NCBI GenBank assembly: GCA_965203905.1
Contig: CBDBDQ010000005.1
Span: forward strand, 2,304,001 to 2,368,000
DNA: 64,000 nt
Direction of reading: 5' to 3'
Origin: Spirochaetia bacterium
GTDB taxonomy: Bacteria; Spirochaetota; Spirochaetia; SZUA-6; Bin103
Positions 57,264-64,000 of the stretch are shown piece by piece. The stretch's first letter is position 1. Every line of letters begins with the position of its first letter. The notes below the pieces were generated by a model that was not told where the DNA came from, did not search any database, and was given only the letters and a program-made list of their open reading frames with translations. Position numbers and translations under genes: made by a program.

Positions 57264-58051
57264 GCGCGCGACTTCCCGCCGCTGACGTTGATCACGGTGC
57301 CGGTGACGTAGGAGGCGCGCGGCGAGGCCAGGAACAGCACCACGTTGGCAACCTCCGCCAGCGCACCCGCGCGGCCCAGCGGAATCGCCGACGCGTAGCC
57401 GCGGTCGATTGCCTCGGGGGTGGTGTCGCGCGCCTTCGCCAGGGCCGCCATGTAGGTGCTGCCGGTCATGCCGGTGGGTTCCAGCGGCCCCGGCGCCACG
57501 CCCACGACGCGCACCCCCCGCGGCCCCAGCTCCTTGGCCCACGAGCGGGTCAGCGAGTAGACCGCCGCCTTGCTCGCGGCGTACACGCTCTGGCCCGCCG
57601 ATCCTTCCAGGCCTGACTCCGAGGCCATGTTGATGATCACGCCGCCGCCGGCCGCCGTCATGCCGGCCGCCGCCGCCTGGGCGCACAGGATCAGACCGGT
57701 CTGGTTCACCGCCAGGGTTCGCGCGATGCTGTCCGGGTCGACGCCGAGCAGGGTTGAGGGCAGGTTGATGCCGGCATTGTTGACCAGAATGTCCAGCGTC
57801 GCCGGCGCCGCTGCGGCGAACAGCTCGCGCACGCTGTCCGGATCGGTCACGTCCACCGCCGCGAAGCGATGTCCGGCCTCCGCGCCGCCGGTCAGTTCCT
57901 CGGCCACGCGCGCGCCCGCCCCGGCCTCGCGGTCCGCCACCACGACCCGTGCCCCGACCTCGGCGAACGCGCGCGCCACCGCGCGGCCGATCCCCGAGGC
58001 GGCGCCGGTCACCAGCGCGGTCTTCCCTGCAAGCTGCAGCCAACCATCCAT
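57260..58051 (-). CDS. Sorbitol-6-phosphate dehydrogenase-like SDR (SorD-like)
   Basis: WLQLAGK..TGAASGIG, SESGLEGSAGQSVYAASK and RVVGVAPG. Confidence 0.85.
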   Translation of the reverse strand: MDGWLQLAGKTALVTGAASGIGRAVARAFAEVGARVVVADREAGAGARVAEELTGGAEAGHRFAAVDVTDPDSVRELFAAAAPATLDILVNNAGINLPSTLLGVDPDSIARTLAVNQTGLILCAQAAAAGMTAAGGGVIINMASESGLEGSAGQSVYAASKAAVYSLTRSWAKELGPRGVRVVGVAPGPLEPTGMTGSTYMAALAKARDTTPEAIDRGYASAIPLGRAGALAEVANVVLFLASPRASYVTGTVINVSGGKSRA

Positions 58052-58139
58052 GGTCGATTCCGCGTTCAATATATCGCCGCGGGCTCGGTAACGGGCACTG
58101 GCACCGGCCACGATCCCGCCGCAAGTAGCGCTCACCGGC

Positions 58140-59048
58140 TCAGGACCGGTCACTGGCGTTGACGAAGATCGCCACCGCCACCAGGAGCGCGCCCAGCAGC
58201 AGGCTCGGCCCCAGCGGATCGCCTACGATCCACCAACTCAGGACGGTGCCGGACAGCGGCGTGGCGAAGAACATCACGGTGAGCCGGCTGGCGCGGAAGC
58301 GCGCCAGAATCGTGGTCCAGGCGAGAAAGCAGAACCCGGCGACCACCACCCCCACGTAGCCGATGGCGAGGATGCCGCCGAGGTCGAAGGCGAAGCGCGC
58401 CTCCCGTTCCAGCAGCGGGCTCAGCGCCGCCGCCGCCGGCAGGCTGAGCAGCAACATCCAGAACAGCAGCTTCTCGGCGCTGACGGCGTGCAGCATCCGC
58501 TTCGAGACCGCGGTGCGCAGCCCCAGCAGGGCCGCGCTGGCCAGCACCGTGGCGCTGCCGAGCGCGGATCCCGACAGACCACCGGCCATCAGCTCGGGCG
58601 CGAAGGTCGCCACCACGCCCGCGAATCCCAGCAGCAGGCCGGCGGTGGTTCGCGCCGTGAGGCGGTCACCGGCGATCAGCAGGTGCGCGAACAGCGAGGT
58701 GAACAGGGGGTAGGTGCTCATCATCACGGTGGAGTGGGCCGCCAGCGTGAAGTGGGTGCCGACGTGCAGCGCGAGCACCTGCACCAGGAACAGGCCCGCC
58801 AGGGCCGCGAGGGGCAACAGCTCACCGCGCTGCAGACGCAGCGGGATGCGTCGCAGGGCGGCCCAGCCTCCGATCACCGCGACACCCAGCGCCAGCCGCA
58901 CCGCGGTGAGAGCGAACGGCGGCAGGGCGCGCAGGCCCACCTTGATGAAGACGGAGTTTCCTCCCCACAGCAGCGCCAGCAGCGTGACCAGCGCTACCAC
59001 GGCGGGGGTCGGCGCGAGGACATTGCGCGTTGGAGCAGAGAGGCTCAT
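58140..59048 (-). CDS. DMT/EamA family transporter
   Basis: LLWGGN...PPF; about ten TM helices in two repeats. Confidence 0.9.
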   Translation of the reverse strand: MSLSAPTRNVLAPTPAVVALVTLLALLWGGNSVFIKVGLRALPPFALTAVRLALGVAVIGGWAALRRIPLRLQRGELLPLAALAGLFLVQVLALHVGTHFTLAAHSTVMMSTYPLFTSLFAHLLIAGDRLTARTTAGLLLGFAGVVATFAPELMAGGLSGSALGSATVLASAALLGLRTAVSKRMLHAVSAEKLLFWMLLLSLPAAAALSPLLEREARFAFDLGGILAIGYVGVVVAGFCFLAWTTILARFRASRLTVMFFATPLSGTVLSWWIVGDPLGPSLLLGALLVAVAIFVNASDRS

Positions 59049-59091
59049 GCGAGGTCGCTACCGGATTGTGCTTGTGGAGAAGGCTGACGCA

Positions 59092-60024
59092 TCAGCCGAG
59101 GTGTTCGCAACTCGTGATCAGATAGCGGGGCCGTCCGAGCCCTACGCGCCGCGCGTGGGCGTAAATTCTGACCGACACTCCCAGGATTCGATTGATATCA
59201 TTCTCACTTTCAAATGGAGCTACTTGACACGTGATTATCTTTCCGATTTCGTCTCTAAGAAACTCCGCATCGGTTTGGTCAACCAGGAATTCGGCGCGTC
59301 GGCTGTTGGGTAGAAATCCTTCGAACCGACCATCAATCACTACTTGATTTTCGCGAATGTTATCTACACTAAGGCGTTGTTCGCTACGTCTGACCTGGGC
59401 CGAATCGGAGAATCGAAACACGTTTCCTCTAAATTCCATTGCACATACAGCGTTCTGATCGGCTACGGTCTTGAGGAAGTTACGCATCGCACTCAATGCG
59501 CGCTGGTCAGACTCGGTGATCGCCTCCGAGAGGTCATCATCAGTCCTTATCGATGCTTCCAGGATAGCCTTGACTCTTTCCAAAGCTCGTTCTACGGGAC
59601 TCGGTTCCAGGGGGAGCATCGGCTGTTGTGACGCATCCTCAATCCGGAACCCGAATGATCCTCGTACTGTGTCGGTGATCAGGAGGCGATAGTTGTCGCT
59701 CTGAGGTACCACTCCACGAGAACCAAGGGTAGAGTGTTGGCTGGCTCCTACCGCATTTACAGTACTGGCAAACGCTTTCAGCGCATCGGCCACGAAGTCC
59801 GCATGGATCCCGCGATTACCCGATACAGGACTGCCCTGGAATGTCAGGCATGCGTCGATCTGCCGCGGAAGTCTTCCTGCGTAAGCAGCAAGTTCTGCTT
59901 CAACCTTGTTCCTGCGCCGCTGCAGGCTCATGCGGCTGATGACTTTATCGGAAGGTGTCTCGGCTATCAGCCTATCCAGAGCTCCCCGTTCCGAGAGGAG
60001 GTGTCGATATTCGTGAATGGTCAC
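59092..60024 (-). CDS. Hypothetical protein, partner of a nucleotidyltransferase-like gene
   Basis: 310 aa ORF, visibly lower GC than flanks; LTFQGSPV and GSFGF motifs; 3 bp from upstream gene. Confidence 0.8.
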   Translation of the reverse strand: MTIHEYRHLLSERGALDRLIAETPSDKVISRMSLQRRRNKVEAELAAYAGRLPRQIDACLTFQGSPVSGNRGIHADFVADALKAFASTVNAVGASQHSTLGSRGVVPQSDNYRLLITDTVRGSFGFRIEDASQQPMLPLEPSPVERALERVKAILEASIRTDDDLSEAITESDQRALSAMRNFLKTVADQNAVCAMEFRGNVFRFSDSAQVRRSEQRLSVDNIRENQVVIDGRFEGFLPNSRRAEFLVDQTDAEFLRDEIGKIITCQVAPFESENDINRILGVSVRIYAHARRVGLGRPRYLITSCEHLG

Positions 60025-60027
60025 CGG

Positions 60028-60594
60028 CTACGCTCCTTCGTCCGAACTGACCTCAATCTCGTTTTTGGCAACCGCATCACCATCGCCCGCTAGGGTAACC
60101 TGCACGTAACCCTTCCAGTCGCCAGTCCGAGTGTGAGACCAGACACTATACCAGTACACGCACTGGTCTACCACGATTCGCAGGCTACCAGGATCCAGAA
60201 ACACGAAGTAAGAATCGACATTGAATTGTTCTGCTGTGCTATCTCCGTCGAATAAGTGTGGATAATCACGAAGCAGTCTGCGTTCGTCATAGCCTTCCGG
60301 AAAATGAGCGAAAGTCACAACATCGACATCTTTCGGAGGGCGGTTCCGCAATGTTTCTACGTCTTCTACGAAGCTACCGTCAATCCATTGGAAACCATCG
60401 ACGAGACCAGCTTCATGTAGCTTCCTGCGAAAATCCAGAAAGCCTCGTATGATATGACGCCGGTCTCCCGTGTTGGCAAATCTCGTGACAAAATCAACCA
60501 GCGAAACTACATACGGGGACCGGTAGTGAGACGTAGGTTCGTCCGCGTCGTTGGCCGGAAGAACACCCTCGTGAGTCCAGTTTGGAAGTGGCAT
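60028..60594 (-). CDS. DUF6932-like Pol-beta nucleotidyltransferase fold protein
   Basis: GVLP...RSPY, QWIDGSFVE...PKDVDVVTF and WKGYVQ. Confidence 0.75.
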   Translation of the reverse strand: MPLPNWTHEGVLPANDADEPTSHYRSPYVVSLVDFVTRFANTGDRRHIIRGFLDFRRKLHEAGLVDGFQWIDGSFVEDVETLRNRPPKDVDVVTFAHFPEGYDERRLLRDYPHLFDGDSTAEQFNVDSYFVFLDPGSLRIVVDQCVYWYSVWSHTRTGDWKGYVQVTLAGDGDAVAKNEIEVSSDEGA

Positions 60595-60900
60595 GTCGAC
60601 CATCACAGGTGCGGGAGACGGTCCTTCCGGTTGCCTGAGACCGGACGCGGACCGTCTCACCGTTAACTACAGCATACCAACGAACAACGGAATGGCAACT
60701 GGCTGGATCCAAGAAGATCCACCATCCATTGGCTCTCCGGCGGAAGGAGGAGGCAAGCGCGCTCGACGGGATCCGGGGATCTCGCGGCGTGCAGATCCAC
60801 TGGTGCTCCTGACGGCGGCGGCGGATCTCGATAGCGGCATTCAAGGTGGTAGCCTACGCTAACGCCCACGAGGCCGCCGATCAACGCCCGCGTCGCGGGT

Positions 60901-60944
60901 AGCGTTGACGCAGCGTTGACGCAGCGTTCACGCAGTGTTTATGA
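60901..60944 (+). promoter_or_regulatory. 11 bp direct repeats upstream of the RND pump
   Basis: agcgttgacgc x2, agcgttcacgc, agtgtttatga. Confidence 0.6.
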
Positions 60945-61043
60945 CTACGGCTCACCGCGTGAGGTATCCTGTACCGTGATGCAGCGCGCGGTTCGGCATC
61001 ACCCTGTCCTTACGCACTGCTCCGGCACCGAGGAGCGCCGGGC

Positions 61044-64000
61044 GTGAAGATCGTCTCGCTGGCGACGCGCCGCCCCGTTTCGGTGGTGGTGTTCTTCGTC
61101 GCCCTGGTGATCTTCGGGCTGATCTCGTTCCGGGAGCTGCCGGTCGACCTGCTCCCCGACCTGTCGTTCCCTACCCTGACCATCCGTACCGAATACCCGG
61201 GTGTCGCCCCCGCCGACGTCGAGACCTTCGTCACGACCCCGATCGAGGATGCCGTAGGAATCGTCTCTGGCCTGGTGGATATCTCCAGCATCTCCCGTGC
61301 CGGCCTCTCCGACGTGATCATGGAGTTCGCCTGGGGCACCGACATGGACTTTGCCGCCATCGACGTGCGCGAGCAGCTCGCCCAGCTGGCGCTGCCGGCA
61401 GGCGCCGAAGATCCGATCCTGCTGCGCTTCGATCCCGCCCTCGACCCGATCATGCGCATCAGCGTCGGCAGTGCGGTTCCCGGCACCGTGGGGATTGCCG
61501 ATCAGGCGGGGCTGCGACTCCTGGCCGACCAGTCGATCAAGCAGCGCCTGGAGAGCATCGACGGCGTGGCGGCGGCCATCGTCGCCGGCGGCGTGGAAGA
61601 GGAGATTCAGATCAACGTCGACCAGAGCCGCGCGGCGCTGCTCGCCATCTCCCTGTCCCAGATCGCCAGCCGGCTGCAGCGTGAGAACGTGGACGTCACC
61701 GGCGGCAGCATCGCCGACGGCGCCGCGGAGTACGTGGTGCGCGTGCTGGCTCGGTTCGCCGACCTCGACGAAATCGGCCGCATCGTGGTGGGCGAGGTAG
61801 GCGACGTCCAGGTGCGGCTGCAGGATCTGGCCGAGGTGCGCAGCGGCTACCAGGAGCAGTCCACCATCACCCGCACCAACCGCATTCCGAGCGTCGAGAT
61901 CGCCATCCACAAAGAGGCCGCCGCCAATACTGTCGCCGTGGCGCAAGCGGTACGGGGACGCCTGGGGGAGGTCGAACAGGAGCTTGAGGGGGTGGTCGAG
62001 GTGGAGCTGCGGGTGGTGTCCGACCAGTCGCGCTTCATCGAGCAGTCGATCCGTGACGTGATCCAGGCCGCCGTGCTCGGCGGGGTGCTGGCGATTGCGG
62101 TGCTCTACCTGTTCCTGCGCCGGCTGCGCAGCACGCTGGTGGTGGGGCTGGCGATACCCATATCGGTGATCGCCAGCTTCTTTCTCATGTTCCTGGGGGG
62201 TGTTTCCCTCAACATCATGTCGCTCGGCGGGCTGGCGCTCGGCATCGGCATGCTGGTGGACAGTTCCATCGTGGTGCTGGAGAGCATCGACCGCCACCGG
62301 GTTGCCGGCGCCGATCGCGTCACCGCGGCCCGTACCGGCGGCGCCGAGGTGGGCAGCGCGGTGGTGGCCGCGACCCTGACCACCCTGTGCGTGTTCATCC
62401 CGGTGGTGTTCGTCAGCGGCATCGCCGGGCAGCTGTTCGTGGACCCGGCACTCACCGTCACCTTCTCGCTGCTGGTCAGCCTGGCGGTTGCGCTGACGCT
62501 GATCCCGATGGCCAGCGCCGCAGGGTCGCGCATGGATCAGCCCGCGGCGCCGCCCGAGCCGCCGCCGGCGCCCGAGCCACACCCCGAGTCGGATGACGGC
62601 GAGGAGGCACCGCCGCGCGCCGTGCCGGCCGAGGATGTCGCCCGCGAGCTGCTCTCGGTGCGCGTGGCCGCGGCGCCGGGACGTGGCATCGTGGCGCTCA
62701 TCCAGGGGCTTGGGATCGTGCTGCGGGTGCTCATCACTCCGCTGATCTGGCTGTTCGAGCGCTCTTTCGGCGTTGTGACCGTGGTCTACCCGCGGGTGCT
62801 CGGGTGGGCACTCCGCCATCGTCTCGCGGTCATACTCCTTGCGCTCGTGCTGCTTGGCGGATCCCTGAGCCTGGTGCCGCTGCTCGGCACCGAGCTGATC
62901 CCCGAGATTCGCCAGGGCACCATCGTCGCCGACGTGGAGCTGGCGCCCGGCACGCCGGTGGCACGCACCGACGCCACCCTGGCGGAGATGCAGCGCCGTG
63001 CCGCCGAGCTTCCGGCCGTGGCGCAGACCTACGCCGTGGCCGGCTCATCGAGCACCGGCGAAGAGGTGCGCGAGAACAGCGGCCAGATCCTGATCGATCT
63101 GCACCCCGAGTACCGGCGCGCTGCCGAAGATCGCGCCCTGGCCCAGCTCCGCGGCGCACTGGCGGGGGTTCCCGGCGCCAGCGTCACGTTCGGGCGGCCG
63201 CCGCTGCTTACCTTCGATGCCGCCGTGGAAGCGCGCATCAGCGGCGCCGCGCCGACGGTGCTGGAACGTGCCGCGCAGGCGGTGGCAGAGCGCCTGGCAC
63301 GGGTTACGGGACTGGCCGACGTGAGCGCCCGTCTCGCCGGCACCAGTCCGGAGGTGGTGATCGACCTCAACCGCGCCCAACTGGCCGAGCTGGACCTGGA
63401 CGCCGAGGCGGTGGGGCAGATCGTGGCCTCCAAGCTGCAGGGCGAAGTGCCGACCGAGCTGGAACGTGGCAGGCAGGACGTGGCGCTCCGGGTGCGCACG
63501 CGCCCGGAGGATCGCGCCACCATCGAAGACCTGGCCGGCCTGATCGTCACCACCGTCGGCGACGTCCCGGTGCCGCTGTCGGCGGTGGCGGCGGTCAACG
63601 TGGCCGAGGGCGCCAACGAGATCCGGCGCGTCGATCAGCGTCGGGTGGTGCTGGTGACCGCCAACCTGGACGGGCGTGACCTGGGCAGCGTTACCGAGGA
63701 AGTGCAGGCGGTGCTCGATTCCGTGGCCGCGGAGTACGACGTCGGCGCCGAGCTCGCCGGCCAATGGCAGGACATGGTCGAGTCCTTCGCCAGCATGCAG
63801 CTCGCCCTGATCCTGGCGCTGGTGCTGACCTACCTGGTGATGGCGGCGCAGTTCGAGTCGCTGATACATCCCCTGATCATCCTGGCGGCAGTGCCGTTCG
63901 GACTGGTCGGCGTCGTGCTGACGCTGGCGATCTTCGCCGTTCCGGTGAGCGCCATCACACTGATCGGCGTGATCATGATGGCCGGCATCGTGGTCAACAA
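61044..64000 (+). CDS. RND efflux permease (AcrB family), 3' partial
   Basis: Absent from the ORF track because it has no stop; reads MKIVSLATRRPV...LPVDLLPDLSFP...GMLVDSSIVVLE...AAQFES...GIVVN. Confidence 0.95.
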   Translation, partial: MKIVSLATRRPVSVVVFFVALVIFGLISFRELPVDLLPDLSFPTLTIRTEYPGVAPADVETFVTTPIEDAVGIVSGLVDISSISRAGLSDVIMEFAWGTDMDFAAIDVREQLAQLALPAGAEDPILLRFDPALDPIMRISVGSAVPGTVGIADQAGLRLLADQSIKQRLESIDGVAAAIVAGGVEEEIQINVDQSRAALLAISLSQIASRLQRENVDVTGGSIADGAAEYVVRVLARFADLDEIGRIVVGEVGDVQVRLQDLAEVRSGYQEQSTITRTNRIPSVEIAIHKEAAANTVAVAQAVRGRLGEVEQELEGVVEVELRVVSDQSRFIEQSIRDVIQAAVLGGVLAIAVLYLFLRRLRSTLVVGLAIPISVIASFFLMFLGGVSLNIMSLGGLALGIGMLVDSSIVVLESIDRHRVAGADRVTAARTGGAEVGSAVVAATLTTLCVFIPVVFVSGIAGQLFVDPALTVTFSLLVSLAVALTLIPMASAAGSRMDQPAAPPEPPPAPEPHPESDDGEEAPPRAVPAEDVARELLSVRVAAAPGRGIVALIQGLGIVLRVLITPLIWLFERSFGVVTVVYPRVLGWALRHRLAVILLALVLLGGSLSLVPLLGTELIPEIRQGTIVADVELAPGTPVARTDATLAEMQRRAAELPAVAQTYAVAGSSSTGEEVRENSGQILIDLHPEYRRAAEDRALAQLRGALAGVPGASVTFGRPPLLTFDAAVEARISGAAPTVLERAAQAVAERLARVTGLADVSARLAGTSPEVVIDLNRAQLAELDLDAEAVGQIVASKLQGEVPTELERGRQDVALRVRTRPEDRATIEDLAGLIVTTVGDVPVPLSAVAAVNVAEGANEIRRVDQRRVVLVTANLDGRDLGSVTEEVQAVLDSVAAEYDVGAELAGQWQDMVESFASMQLALILALVLTYLVMAAQFESLIHPLIILAAVPFGLVGVVLTLAIFAVPVSAITLIGVIMMAGIVVN

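Noticed and set aside
55467-58124. 885 aa ORF as one protein
   Set aside because: The first ~290 codons are a shadow frame of the SDR gene; the real start is ATG 57263
60663-60884. Small ORF upstream of the nucleotidyltransferase as a third system gene
   Set aside because: No convincing start, RBS or recognisable motif; cannot be supported
60999-63869. Listed ORFs in the last 3 kb
   Set aside because: Antisense or off-frame shadows of the unterminated RND permease
1-64000. Classical integron or prophage explaining the TA density
   Set aside because: No tyrosine integrase, no recurring attC pattern (RYYYAAC...GTTRRRY) recognised and no phage structural genes

Overview
A GC-rich bacterial window. 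The signal peptides of its ABC solute-binding proteins suggest a Spirochaetota-like genome, possibly host- or sponge-associated (inference only). The core is catabolic: two tandem paralogous peptide/nickel-family ABC operons (binding protein plus two permeases), a third ABC system split into convergent halves, three sulfatases, a GH172/DUF2961 protein, SDR/MDR/AKR oxidoreductases, PhyH dioxygenases, a molybdo-hydroxylase large subunit, a SorD/SorE-like pair and an RND pump. Between these lie many toxin-antitoxin modules, DUF4143 AAA ATPases and short scraps of such genes. Mobile DNA includes an intact ISAzo13, ISKra4 remnants, an HNH protein and a 3.9 kb IS110. The IS110 bridge-RNA guides can be read from the sequence: they match its own ends and a poly-C target. 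This IS110 carries a decayed IS21 istB and a structured ~343 bp tandem array in its right end. Other notable signals are a TA cassette flanked by a 75 bp duplication of a permease 3' end, a long conserved structured leader before both binding-protein genes, a thrice-repeated spaced inverted-repeat motif, an XRE-IrrE-UPF0175-like/PIN module and a lower-GC nucleotidyltransferase-like two-gene module. No rRNA, tRNA or CRISPR array was seen. All family calls are by eye from motifs, not from database searches.
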